NCBI GenBank assembly: GCA_028534125.1
Contig: CM052825.1
Span: 2,418,001-2,482,000 of the forward strand
Reading direction: 5' to 3'
DNA from: Lama glama
Lineage: Eukaryota
DNA: 64,000 nucleotides
The notes below the pieces were generated by a model. It did not search any database. It had not been told where the DNA came from and saw only the letters and a program-made list of their open reading frames with translations. Positions 1-12,700 of the stretch are shown one piece after another (the stretch's first letter is position 1; every line of letters starts with the position of its first letter). Position numbers and translations under genes: made by a program.

Positions 1-299
1 GAGGTCGTGCCTGTTGCTCTGGTCCTGGGCGCAGGGGGTGGAACATGTCAGTGATCCGGCCTCCCCCAGGTCTCTTTCCAGAGCTTCGGAGGCTCCGGCT
101 CCTCGGGGGAGGGTGACCTGGGCAACCCCGTGCCTCCCCCTAGTGGTGGCCGTGCCCCCTCCCCAGGCGGCCAGTGCGGCGAAGTCCCTGGCACGGAGCC
201 CGTGGGCGGTGGCACTCGCTCCCCCAGGTGTGCTGTGCTTGCGACAGGGTCACCACCTGCCTGTAGCCGCTTCTTAAAAACTGGAGACTGCCCTGCCGT

Positions 300-1900
300 T
301 TATTTTCACCTTCACCTTGAAAGTATTTCGAAACTACAGAAAGGTTGCAAGAGCACTACAAAGAATGACCCTTCACCCGGAGACCCATCTCAGTTTTGTC
401 ACTTGTCCAAAATGTCCTCAGCCGGGAAGGGACCCAGCCGAGGGCCACACGTCGCATCTGGCCGTCCTGGCTCTCCACTGCCTCACTTGGACCAGCTCCC
501 TGGCCGTTCCTTGACTCTCATGACCTTGACACTCTCAGAGATCACAGGCCGTTCATTTCCTATGCGAACCCTCGATGTGGATGTGTGCATTTCTTCACGA
601 CTAGACCCAGATCACGCATTTTGGGCCGGAATGTCTCAGAAGAGGTGCCGACCTCCTCCCCCGCCTCCTGTTGGGTTTCCCGTGATGCCGATCCGTCCCA
701 TCTTTGGTGGAGTGAACTTTGCTCACATGACTGAAAGGGGGTCTGCCCGGTCTCTCCACCGTGGAGGTGCTTTCCTCCCCCTCACAGTGAGGGAGGGTTT
801 TGTGAGGAGACACTTCAAGATCATGTAAAAAGCTCTCCTTTCCACTCACACCCCGAGTTCATCAGCCGCTGACTGCGTCTCTCCAGAATTAACTCACATA
901 ATAAGGCAGCCGGTCGTGACCTTTCTAATGCAATCATTTCTTCTGCGTTTATAGATTGGACTTATATTGTAAAAAAAAAAAAAAAGGCTTTTCCTTCTCA
1001 TTTATTTATTCACTTAATTGTATATATCAGTGTGGACCCACGGGTCCTCTTTTATTTAACAGATTATAAGACATCACTGCCATTATGTTGATGCTCCAAC
1101 TCTCCTGCACATGAGCTGTGGGAGGCCTCCAGCCGGCTTCCGTGTTCTCTTGTGTTCCCGTCACTCTGAGCACCTCCTTACTTTCTGGCACAAGATATGC
1201 TTGGCTTATCTTCTTTCCTCGTCTTCCAAGGAGCCTCGGGACCTTTCCGTGGAGAGTGATATTTAGAAACCAAGATCTGGGCACTGGGTGTGCTCATCGC
1301 TCCTGGGGCGTCACGGCTCCCAGGCCCTCTCGGGGCACAGAGCTAGGAAACACACGTGCTCATAGGCACGCAGGTCTGCATCCAGGCCCATCTCTGTGTC
1401 TGTCTGTGTACCCCGAGGAGCCTTGGTTCACACTAGCACCTCCACGTACAGTTCCGTGCCGCCCGCTTACTCAAGCTGCCGTCTCTCCACACTTAGGCTC
1501 GCCTGCATTGCCCCGGCTGGCCCCAGCCTCTGCTTACTGCTGCCCCCCCCCAGCGCACGGCCAGTTCTTTGAGCAGAGCAGACTGCTGCCCTGCTTGGAC
1601 ACTGTCTTTGTGTAGGTCCCGACCCGCCCCCATCACTGGGCTCCGTTGCTCTGTGCTTCTGGAAGGAAGGAAGGACAGAGGCTGCCCTAAAAATTTTAAC
1701 TTGCAAACTTAAGTTACCAAAATCTAAAGTTAATCATTCTCTCTGTCTTCCTCCCAGTGGTACAGGGTTCTAAACGTCCTTAATCCCAATCAAGTCATAC
1801 TTGTTATTGTGTCCAGTGTCCAGTTCCCCCTTGTTTTCTGTGTCCCCAGGGGTGGTGATGACTGTCAGTCTCTTTTCTCGTGGGCAGTGCTGGCTTAAGA
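300..1900 (-). mobile_element. Degraded L1 3' UTR, L1MC4/L1MC5-like, fragmented
   Basis: Recognisable antisense L1MC motifs: ctacagaaaggttgcaag, catgaccttgacact, ttagaaaccaagatctgggcactgggtgtgctcat, cagagctaggaaa. Boundaries approximate. Confidence 0.7.
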
Positions 1901-3270
1901 GTTCACGGGAGTTTGGCTGCAGCTTCGCTTCCCCGCTATGCCGGCCCCCAGGTACCTGCCTTGCTCCCCCAAGCACAAGGCACTCTGCGTCCATTCTGCC
2001 CTGTCCAGCATGGCTCCAGCTTTGGTGTGGGAGGCTTTTTAAGCTAGCTAGTCTGCCGCATCACCAGAACTAGAAGTCCCTTAGAAATAGTCTTTCTAAA
2101 ATAATTCAAAATTAACTCAGCAAGTCTAAAAATTCTGGTAGTGCTGCAGAAGGTTGAAACTTCAAAACCAAAAAGGAAAAATTTCCCCTAAAGCTCATTA
2201 TCTGAACCATTTGTCTTTCAATGTTCTAGAGAGTAGCCATTTATCTATCAAAAAAAAAAAAAGCTTAGCTCCAGACCCCGGGGGAAGGGTCATAGACATT
2301 CCCCGGCCAAGAGGAGACCAGAAGTTAAGTGCTGAGTGTTTCGTCGCTCGTTGGGCTGGGAGCCCTGAGCCGGTTCCGTCCCAGAGCCGACACTCGCACG
2401 GCCCTGTGGTGACTCCTCCGGCCACGTGGGCGAGACGCCCCTTTCCTCAGGCGTCTGCATTGACTCCATCAGCAGGCTGCCCCCTGCTCTGTGTCACACC
2501 AGTCCGTTCGCTTGGCTGAATTAGTGGGAACTGGTTTTCATTCATACGCTAAGTTACCCCGAGAAGCTCCCGTTGACGACGTGGGAAAGGTTAGCAAGAA
2601 CATCCATTTTTTTGGCCAAACAAATCCTGCTTTTATTTGTGACCTGTTCCTCCTGACCTCAGAGGCATCTTAATAGCAAGAGGTCCATTCAAAAATGCAG
2701 GGATGGACACCTCTTTAAAGGCCTTGGAAGGTAGTTCATCACTCAGCCAGTGTCTGGTTTGCTACAAACCAAGGCAGAATATACTCCGCCCCACCCACCG
2801 CAGCTCCTAACACGTGTACGGCCCCGTCCAGGGAAGGAACAGACCTGTGGCCTCGGAGATCTCTCGAGGAACTCCATCCCCTCCTTATGCCACCTCCCTG
2901 GCCTTTATCACGTTCCACACATCGTCCTGTGACTCACCCCCAGGGAGGGCCACGGGCAAGTTCGTTTCCTGAGGACACGTGTGCACAGAACAAAACCGTC
3001 GATGCCACGTCAGCGGCAAACAGCGCGGGCTCTGGACTGGAGAGGCAGGCCCTGAGCCCCGGCCCCGCCCCCCGCCAGGTGGCTTTCAGCAAGTCTTCCT
3101 GTCATGGCCCTTCAGCTGTGAAGCAAGAAAGTGGCACCTGCGTCCCGGCCGCCGGAGAATTAGAGCACTGTTACGTTAGCGTTCCAGGGCGGCCGTGGCT
3201 CTGCGCTCTGCAGGCACGAGGTGCTTTGCAGGCTGAGTCTCTGAGAAAGCTGTCTGCCCTCAGGACAGGG

Positions 3271-3770
3271 NNNNNNNNNNNNNNNNNNNNNNNNNNNNNN
3301 NNNNNNNNNNNNNNNNNNNNNNNNNNNNNNNNNNNNNNNNNNNNNNNNNNNNNNNNNNNNNNNNNNNNNNNNNNNNNNNNNNNNNNNNNNNNNNNNNNNN
3401 NNNNNNNNNNNNNNNNNNNNNNNNNNNNNNNNNNNNNNNNNNNNNNNNNNNNNNNNNNNNNNNNNNNNNNNNNNNNNNNNNNNNNNNNNNNNNNNNNNNN
3501 NNNNNNNNNNNNNNNNNNNNNNNNNNNNNNNNNNNNNNNNNNNNNNNNNNNNNNNNNNNNNNNNNNNNNNNNNNNNNNNNNNNNNNNNNNNNNNNNNNNN
3601 NNNNNNNNNNNNNNNNNNNNNNNNNNNNNNNNNNNNNNNNNNNNNNNNNNNNNNNNNNNNNNNNNNNNNNNNNNNNNNNNNNNNNNNNNNNNNNNNNNNN
3701 NNNNNNNNNNNNNNNNNNNNNNNNNNNNNNNNNNNNNNNNNNNNNNNNNNNNNNNNNNNNNNNNNNNNNN
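3271..3770. other. Assembly gap, exactly 500 N (left edge of the inverted block)
   Basis: Run of N counted from the line coordinates. Confidence 0.99.
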
Positions 3771-4186
3771 ACCTTTTGTAGAAGAATGTCACCTAGAGCC
3801 TGAAACAGACAGGACAGCCCATTCTCAAGGCTCCGACCTTTAAGGGTCTGACACTTTTCCTTCATATAGAGATAAAAAGTTGCAGAACATAGAATAACAT
3901 GTGTCTTGTTGGACGTTTACAGGGACCCCACGACCTGGCCCACGAGGACGGCTGCAAGAACAAAGGACTCCGACACCAAGAAATCTGCAACAACCAGCTA
4001 CACCCACTCCCCTTTTCAGTACAAAAGGAGCCTAAATTCTCACTTGAGGAAGATGGTTCTCCAGGACGAGTCCCCCACCTTCTCAGTCTGCTGGTTTTCT
4101 GAATAAAATCGTTATTCCCTGCCCTAGTGCCTCTCTCCTGATTTACTGGTCGTCTGGTGAGCAGCGGGAGCTTGGACCTGGTAACA
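3771..4186 (+). mobile_element. ERV (class I-like) LTR, truncated at its 5' side by the gap
   Basis: LTR-like layout with an A-rich TATA-like tacaaaagg, AATAAA at 4102-4107 and a terminal ...ggtaaca at 4186. Family not assigned. Confidence 0.65.
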
Positions 4187-6002
4187 AAATGGTGTTTGGA
4201 ATCTGTGTGTCTCCCTAATGTTGAGGAAACTCCTCATTTTGAATCCGGCTCATCCACTTTCCAGGTTTCGAGAGCAGCGCCCGGGAACTGCGCTGGGGGG
4301 CCCGTGAGCGCGAGCTGCGTGAGTCTCGCTGACCAGCTGCGAAGTGGCTTTGTAGAGGGCGCCCCGCGTCAAAGAAGAGATTCCGCTGGACTGAGCTGTT
4401 CCTCTCCTGGGCTGGACACCCACAAAGCAGCTGTCAGATCAATAAGGAGGCCACAGGCCCCTCCCAACTACAAAAGGAGGCTACAGTGATTAGCCAAATG
4501 ACACGGTTGTAATCAGCGGCTTCTCCCTTGGGCACACCACCCCTCTCCCGCGCTGGCCCAGAAAACCAAGAGCTGACGTCCACAGACGTGGGCGCTAGTC
4601 CTGCTGCGTGGTCCGATGCATCGGCGATTCAAAACCAGTTATGTTTCGAATAGCAGGCCCTCGTAAAATGCATTTACTTGAACGGACAGGTGCGTCGGCG
4701 TGCGCCCAGCTTGGGGACTTCCTGCTGGAACTTAATGGCTGGCTGACTCCCAGGTAAGAGGCCACGAGTGTGGAACAATCAATACAGAATTAAAACGACA
4801 TGTGTTACAGTCACTCCAGGGCTGCTGATTCTGCCTCCTGCTCTTAAGTTGAGAAGAGTATTTTAAATTGTAAACGTGTGCTGTGAGCCCTGGGTAAGGA
4901 GGAGGCCATGGGCTCATGTGCCAGGACCAATCCACAAATACGAAACTCTGATGTCAGTCTTGCGTGGCATCTGCCCCCTCACTGTCCCCAAGGGTGGTCC
5001 CTGCGTCACACTGAAATGTGGAGAAGGGAACACATTTATTTCAGGACTGTGTGTGAGAGAAAAACAGAAATCTTTCCATGACTCACCAGCCAAGGCTGTG
5101 TTACAACTGACGGAGTGTGAGGAACGGTTACTCAAACGCCCCTTTAACTTTTCACCTGTGTGACTCTAGACACACCATATAGTTTTGCAAAGAAATGCTC
5201 TGCAGGTCACACGCTCCCTCTCAGAGCCCAGCTGCCCTGAGACCTGTCCTCACGGGAGGACGATGATCGAGGTGGCCTCCCTGCCCCCGACCCAGGGGAA
5301 GCCCAGCAAAACAGAGAGACTGCGGTCCAGTGCGCTTGGGGGCTGATTTAATGACTTCAGTAAAGATGCTTCAGGAAATCTCTGGCGGTTTCACGTCCGT
5401 CAGCTGCTTCTGATCCCCGCAGTGGGTTTTGGGGGGAGAATACGTGTCACAGTCTACCACGAACACGTAAAGGCGCTGACCTCTAGGTACTTGACGTCTG
5501 CGAAGGAGAGGGACACACTTACTGATGACGTCGTCGTCAAGGCGTGCCTGTTACTCAGGCGGGGACGGGGTCTGGGGCCGGGGACCCAGCAGACGCATCC
5601 CGTGCAGAACCTCTAATGATCTCTCGTCACGCACACGCGAGAGCAAGGAGGCACTCGGGTGGGAGTGGGTGCCTTCAGCCAGATTTGTGCCGACACCGCC
5701 AACGAGGCGGTCCCGAATTTCCTGCCCGACCCCCCACCCCGGCCCGGCCTTGAGGGCGGACGCGGCCCCCAGTAGAGCCGCGACGGAAACTCCGCACAGG
5801 CTCAGGTCGGGCCGGAACGCCCACTCCGGCCGCAGCAGGCCAGAGGAGTGCTCAGTGACCCCAGATCAACGTTGTTTTGTTTCCCTCTGCTGAAAGAAGG
5901 AACAAGTGTTTTGAAAAGAAACTTAAACGTGACAACCACCCACACGGCTTGGGTCGCGAAGGCAAAGCCGGGAGGCAGGTGGAGGCGCGAGGGGACACGT
6001 AC

Positions 6003-6192
6003 CGTCATCCTTGGTCCGTTCCAGGATGGGGGGTGCGCTGGGGACCCCATTCCCGATGCGGGTGAACGCAAGCACCTGGAGTTCGTACAGCACAAACTTC
6101 CCCAGACCCGCCAGCAGCGCCGACTGCGTGTGGTTCCCTCGCACCACGTGGCTTCTGGGCTCAGGATCCAGGTCTTTGGCCCGGAACAGAAT
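6003..6192 (-). CDS. SDK1: SDK1 coding exon (FN3 ~7 second half: [12 protein letters not shown]...ILERTKDD)
   Basis: gctcag|ATT CTG TTC ... GAT GAC G|gtacgt. 190 bp = 63 codons + 1 nt. Peptide partly in ORF 5923..6147(-). Confidence 0.96.
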
Positions 6193-7494
6193 CTGAGCAT
6201 CGACACAGAAGGCAGGGGAGTCAGGTCACGGGGATGCCGTGTGCAGGAGGGGCCTGGGGACCACACGGCCAGGACCCGGCAACCGAGTGTCCTCCCCCAG
6301 GGCCGCTGTGTGGAGGGGCTGTGAGTCTAACTCCTATTTGCTGGCATTTTGGGGAAAAGATGGCGATACAGCAGTTGGGGCTGGAGCTATGGCCCTGCCC
6401 AGGGCTGGGCTGGGCGGCGGGACTCCCTGCTGTAATTTGCCGGCTTTGAGGCTCCCAGCAGCAGCCATTAAAACGAGGACTTGGTATGAACCAGACACAT
6501 CCTGCTTCCTGCAAAGGGAGCCAACTGCCCTCCCAGTTGCTGGCTTATGGGGAGACTGTTATCCACCTGAACTGAGGCCCCACCTCCAGCCACGCACTGC
6601 CCACAGGGCCATCCTGAGAGGCACCCCCCAGGGCCCACCTGCTCCTCCTCATTCCCTAGGGCCACCTTCTCTCAACTGGCCCCTAAGACCAGTGACTGGA
6701 AGGCTGGGAGAGACAGGGGTCAGCACGGAGGAGTGTGAAAACAGTCTGGCAAGCGCTTTGCTCCAGGGTCAGGTGTGGGAGGGGCGTGGCGTGTTGGCCA
6801 TGGAACCCACTCGGCGGGATCCTCACGTCTGCAGGGGCCACAAGGGGCAGATTAGAATGCCCGGGGCGGGGCGTGAGAACAGGTCGGGAAACAGGACAGA
6901 TGCCGGAAAGCATGGAGGAGAAGGCCTGCTAGGAGGCTGTGCGGCTGCGCACAAGACCGCTGGGCCTTCCTGGACAAATGCAAGGGCTTCATTCTGCTGC
7001 CCGGGTGGTGATGGAGCAAGAACAGAGCAGGTTTTTAAGGGTCCAGGTAAATGCAGGCAAAACTAAATCCAGAAACGGCTCCCAGAGAAGCTGGCAGGTG
7101 TCCGACCCTGACGGTGGGGGCCACTGCCCGGGCCGGGCCAGGGTGGCGGTGACACCCATGCAGACACGCGTGCAGGTCTCTAATGACGGAACCGGCACTT
7201 CACAGGAGAACCCGCTTCATTCTCGCGCCAGCCCTGCGAGGGGGCTACCGTCGTCACCCCCTCGCACAAGCCGAGAAACAGGCTCAGCGCTTGAGTCCCT
7301 GTTCTGGCCTGTTGGGGTCACACCAATGCCTAAGCCCCACGCGGTCATGAAGCTTAGATGAGACAACAGACGTGAAAGTCAGGAACCGGGCCAGGGCTGG
7401 AGAAGATCTCAGAAAACAGGAGCTCGCTGGTTTGAGGGGTGACGGCTGGTGGCACCTTCACAGCATAAACAGAGGAGGGCCCCTCCCCACCTAC

Positions 7495-7610
7495 CTTGTA
7501 GCCCAGGATGAGCCCGTTCTGGTCCTGCTCCGGCACCGAAGCCCACGTCAGCAGAATCTGGGTGGAGCTGACAGCCTCGGCCGACACATTTGCAGGGGCG
7601 GCTGAAGGAA
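7495..7610 (-). CDS. SDK1: SDK1 coding exon (FN3 ~7 first half: [23 protein letters not shown]...LILGYK)
   Basis: gtgcag|TT CCT TCA ... TAC AAG|gtaggt. 116 bp = 2 nt + 38 codons. Peptide in ORF 7354..7644(-). Confidence 0.96.
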
Positions 7611-8074
7611 CTGCACAGAACGAATTAAATCGATTGGCACCCAAAGTCTAAAGGCTGCGGTGAATAAAGGTCTAATTTTTACCCGCATAATCAAGTTGTC
7701 CTTGAAACGGCAAGGTATTCTGAGTGCCTTGTCGTGATCAGATTAAATCTGCAGGGCTATCACGAAAACGTAAATCTCTTTAATATTAGCAACAAATTCC
7801 ATAAACCCTGGGTGCTCAGGAGCTCAGTTTTACCTGAGTCCTCGCAGCAAGAAAACACGCTTGGTCTGATTCTCACACTAACTCGCGAGAACCGTGACTT
7901 CCTCTCCGGAGGGGATCCTCGCTTTCAGACGAGCATTCACTGACGTCTCTGAGCACGGCATTTTGTGAGGGGACGGGCGGGCGGAGGGGGGCTGATGCTA
8001 TGATCCACGCGGGGGGGGGGCGGGGAGGGAGGTTACTCCGTGCGCAGCCCTGTTGGGGGAGCCCTCAGGGCCCT

Positions 8075-8180
8075 GACCGCATTTAGTCCTCACGGTCACC
8101 CGGCGAGGGAGCTGCTGGTACCCGCCTTCCACAGGAGGGGAAACCGAGGCTGAAGAAAATCACCGACGTCCCACGTTAAT
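8075..8180 (-). mobile_element. MIR fragment
   Basis: atttagtcctcac...caggaggggaaaccgaggct resembles the antisense MIR core. Confidence 0.45.
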
Positions 8181-9060
8181 GGGTCCGGAGGCGAGCTGAG
8201 CACCCGTATGATGGTGCTTCCACTCCCTCTGTTCACATTCAGGGCACTAATCTGCCCCGAGTCGTCTGCGATGGTCCACACATAACACGTATGAGGACTA
8301 CAGTCCACTTTTAAAGCAAGGACTCTGCGTTCTAGACAATCTCAGTTTGCTTCGCTGATTTTCCTGTGGGCCCATTTCAACCTCAGACGCCATTCAGACG
8401 GGAACAGATGGTCGCGGAGGACCCCCAGCAAAGTCAGGGTGTGCCGTCTGCAGACAGGTTCAGAGCGAAGGGCAGCTACCAGCCACGGCCTGAAGGTCCC
8501 CCGTCCCCCGACTCCGTGGTCGAGAAGCGGGGGAACACGTCAGGTTCAGGAATCTCATGGGCTCACAACACGTGCCGGGACCCTGGCACCTCCCTGGTCA
8601 CCCCTCAGGACTCCCTGGGAACTGTGTCCTGCGGCAGAGGAGGGTCACCTGCCCTGCCCGTGGTGACATGCAGAAAAGTGGCAGTCACCACTCGAGGCCG
8701 TGGGCCCAGAGGCTCACGGGAAGGGGGTGCTCCCAGGCTCTGGGGGGCGACCAGATGCCACGTGGCCTGGAAGCTGATCTCCCCTGGGCTGCTGCCCCCG
8801 GCAGGCTGCTCTTGAGCAGTCCCCTCGCCCCATCGGGGCCAGGAGCTCGGCCTTGCATCTGGCGGGTGATCACAGGCTGTTTGTTCCGAGGAAAGTGAAA
8901 CGATGAAGCTGTAACTGCCAGGAAGAGGATGAAGGAAAAGCTAGGACACACCAGCCGGCCACACAGAGAGGCTGTTTCTTGCTCTCCGCGGTCCTGCTGG
9001 GCTGCAAACAGTGGGGTGCTGGGGCCCCCAGGGGCTTTCTCTTCCCTCCAGCCATGGACC

Positions 9061-9186
9061 CACTCACTCACTCATTCATTCACTCATTTATTTACTCATC
9101 TACCCACCCACCCATCCACCCACCCATCCTTCCACCCATCCACTCTCTCACTCACTCTCTCACCCTCTCTCACTCACTCACTCTCA
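9061..9186. repeat. Low-complexity (CACT)n/(CATT)n/(CCAC)n/(CT)n tract
   Basis: cactcactcactcattcattcactcatt...cacccacccatccacc...ctcactcactca. Confidence 0.9.
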
Positions 9187-9306
9187 TGCACACGCACCTC
9201 CTCCTTCCAGCACAGCCACAGGAAGGCAGCCGCGCTAGCCAGTCAGTCTGAACACTCTCTCCAACATCTGATTCTTAGATTGTCTACACCAAATCGATCT
9301 GGTTTC

Positions 9307-9713
9307 TGTTATGGGTTGAACTGTGTCCCCTCGAATTCCCATATTGAGGTCCTAACCCCTAGTATCCATAATGCAAATTTATTTGGAAACTGCGTCATTG
9401 CAGGTGTAATTAGTTAAGAGGGGTCACACTGGGGTAGGGTGGCCCTAGCCGAACATAATGGTGTCCTTAGAAGAAACAGCTGTGCACACAGGAACAACTC
9501 CACGGCCAGACTGGATTTATGCCATCAGAGCCAAGGAATTTCTGGAAGCCGAGAGGGAGGCCCCCTGGGGCCTCCAGCGCGGCTCTGCTGATCCCTCTGC
9601 TGACCTCTCGGTCTCTGACTTCTGGCCTTCAGAACCACGAGGGAGGAGAACCCTTCTCTGGTTTTAAGCCACCAGTTTGGGGTACTTTGCTGTGATAACC
9701 CCAGGAAGCAGAC
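9307..9713 (+). mobile_element. MaLR solo LTR, MLT1B/MLT1C-like
   Basis: Starts tgttatgggttgaactgtgtcccc. Contains gaggtcctaacccc, ttatttggaaa, gacttctggccttcagaac and ttttaagccaccagtttggggtacttt. Confidence 0.88.
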
Positions 9714-11849
9714 AGAGTCTTTAAGGAAAAACGCCAGAATTCACGAGGTCCTAGAAGAGGGGATGCTACGTTGTTGGCGAGCTGGGCCGGTCACTCCCAC
9801 AACCAGCAGCCTCGCTGACGGAGGCTGAGTGAGCGATGAGGCCTGGCCAGCAGGCCGCAGCCTCCCAGGGCGGGATGCGGGGGAACTCTGGGCCTGGGGG
9901 GCTCAGCCACCTCTGTCCCCTCTTGTCCCCAGAGGGGCAGTCCTGGGGAGCATCCTTCACTGTCTCCTGCGGGTCAGCCTTGGAAACCATAAGTGCCCCA
10001 GTCTCACCGGAGATCTACAAGTAACAGCTAGTTTTCTCAGTTGCGGTAACGTGTGCATCCAGTTCCTGGGGGGCCGTCCACATCCCCAGGGGATGCGGGC
10101 ACAGTAACTGGGCCCCGGCGCCTAGAACACGGCGGGGTTCCTAACGAGGCAGCAGGCAGAGAAAATGGCCGGGTTCAGGGTTAAAATTTCAGCTGATTCA
10201 AGTCTCACCAGGATAAAATCTGCATTTAGTTACAAAGTATTTACATTTTGCAGACTTGTGAATAAAAGCCTCACCCCCCTCCCTGATTTGAGGGAGACTC
10301 AACTCCTTCCCCGACGTGACATCCTGAGTTTTGAGACCATCCTGGAAACTCCCCTTTCATTAAAATCAATACCATTTAAAATGTTTTTCCCTTCATTTTT
10401 TCTCTCCCCTCCACAGTATTCTCACCGCTCAGTTTGCAGCGACTCCTCACGAAGTCTCTGATTTTCCAGGCTTCATTTACCCTGATAATATATCGTAATT
10501 TATCATAAGATGTCAGGAGACCGGCTAGATCACGCTTCGAAACTGGAAACCGCATTTAGGCATGACTCAGGCTGTTCTGGGCCGGGCTGCGAGGCTGGCT
10601 TCCAGCGTGTCTGTGCACCGGCTGGTTTTGAGCACCAGCACGGTTATCTTCATGGAGGCGATGCTGTGGTCCAGACGCGGGTCTGCAGTTTCATTCTGGC
10701 ACGCAGCTCTCTCCGGTCCCTGTCAGCGGCATCCAGCGATGGGCCCCGGCACCCCTGCACCCTCTTCACCAAACGTCGACCAGTTCCCCGAAGGGGCGGA
10801 CAGAAACTCTTTGCAGGCGAGGGTCCCTGATCAACTTCGGCAGGACCAGGGAAGCAAGATTCACACCCGCTGCAGCTGGGAGGGGCCCGCGGGTCAGAGC
10901 TGGAGCTTCCTGCAGCAGGAGGTTCTGGAAGTCCCATTTGGAGGTGGAGGTGCGGAACCCCTCGGGGACCAGCCCCGGGTGCAGCACCAGTGCCCCCAGA
11001 GGAGAGATCAGCTCAAGGGGGGTCCCGGGGGGCCGCTCTCCCGGCGCTGAAAGTGCCTGAAACCCGCATCACCCATATCCGGAGGTGAAGAGCAGTAACC
11101 CTGATGTTAATTTGGGAAGGAAACACCTGCTGAACCTGAACTCTTCTCTTCTCCCCCAAGAGATGTGTGTTGCGCCAACATTTCACTGAGCAAACGTTCA
11201 GTGAAAACCTAAACATGCTTTCCTGTAAGCCATACCCCTCAGCAGAGACAGGAACGGGACAGCTGACAAGACAAAGCGTAAGCTGTGAGAATAACTCTTT
11301 CTCCCCAAGTGAACGAGGAACTGGACCACAGGAACCCACCCAGTCAGCTCTGCAGGGCCGCACACGCTCGCCCCGGCCGTACGTCTGCACATTTGTCCAC
11401 TGAGACAAGAACAACCCCACCTGCTCTTCTGGAGACAAAATCTGTACCTCAGACGACAACGCTGCTCAGAGTGACCGCGGAAGAGGCAGTCCAAGCCAGG
11501 AGGCCGCAGAGCTAGACGACGACACCTGAGGGAGTTTACGCGCAGAGCGACCACCTCTGCGTCCCCTACCGCGCAAAGACCGCCTCTCAGCAGCTGGAAA
11601 GATTTTTACAAAAATACAGCCTCAATGCAGCAATTGTGCCATTGGCTTACTTTGCTTTTTAGAATGTTCTTGAAAACTGAACAAGAAAAATGACTATTTT
11701 CCATTTTAAATTACACTTTCCTCACTTTCCACAACATGAAGTTTGCTGTTTCCTGAACAAACTCCCCGAATTGTGCAGCCAGGTGTACAGTCTGAGGCCG
11801 ACAGGCATTTTCCCTCGGCTCCGTCGAGAGTATCGCCCCACTGTCTTCC

Positions 11850-12700
11850 GGACTCTTGTTCTTGAAAAGGTTTGCCTCTTCTGGGCACTTCACACACACG
11901 GAATCACCCAGCACGCGGTCTTCATGCCCGGCTTCTCTTGCTGAGCACATTTTCGGGCCCCACCCATGTTACAGCACGTGTCAGAATTCCACTCCCTTCC
12001 ATGGCTGAACGACAGGCCGTTGCGTGAACGTACCACGTTTTATTTATCCATTCATCAAGCGATGGCCATTTGGGTTTTTTCCACTTTAGATATTATACAT
12101 ACTGCTGCCCCGAACATCCACGAACACGCTTTCTGCAGACCTCGGTCTTCAGCTCTCGGGGGTGTCCGTCCCGGGGTGGAGTCGCTGGGTCACGGGGCAG
12201 CCGTATGCCTGACCTTTGCGGAGCTTCCTGAGCGGCTGCGCCCCCCCGCCCCCCCCAGGGACGCACTGGGGCTCCTGCTCCCCACGTCCTCACCAACACT
12301 CACTGTCCGCCTTGTTCTTAAATTCGATTTCAGCACCTTGGGGGTGTGAAGTGGCATCTCACAACGGTTCTGGTTTCCATTTCCCGGATGGCTGAGGACT
12401 TTGAGCTTCCTTCCACGGTGTGTTTGGCCATTTGTGCGTCTTCTCTGGGGAAATGTCTACAAGGAGCCTTCGTCCGATTTTAACTGGGCTGTCTTTCTGT
12501 TGTGCAGTTGTAAGACTTTTTGAATCTATATTCTGGATGCCAGTCTCTTATCAGAAATCTGATTTGCAAATATTTTCCTGCCATTTTGGAGATTTTTTAA
12601 AAAACTATCTTTATGGTATTCTTTGAAGTACAAAAGTTTTCACTTGGATGAAGTCCAGCTGGCCTATTCTCTTCTTTTGCTGCAGATGCTTTGGTGTCTG
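11850..12700 (-). mobile_element. L1MB-like LINE fragment (ORF2 end/3' UTR, antisense)
   Basis: accacgttttatttatccattcatc, tgtgaagtggcatctca, ttggccatttgt...tctggggaaatgtcta, cttatcagaaatctgatttgcaaatattttc. Confidence 0.85.

Noticed and set aside
2887-3865. Long ORFs spanning gaps (also near 24486-25248, 29502-30101, 40365-41144 and 51937-52241)
   Set aside because: They are artefacts of N runs translated as X.
7968-8032. G-quadruplex-capable G runs (also ~52287-52334)
   Set aside because: Such runs are common in DNA this GC-rich, and nothing points to a function.
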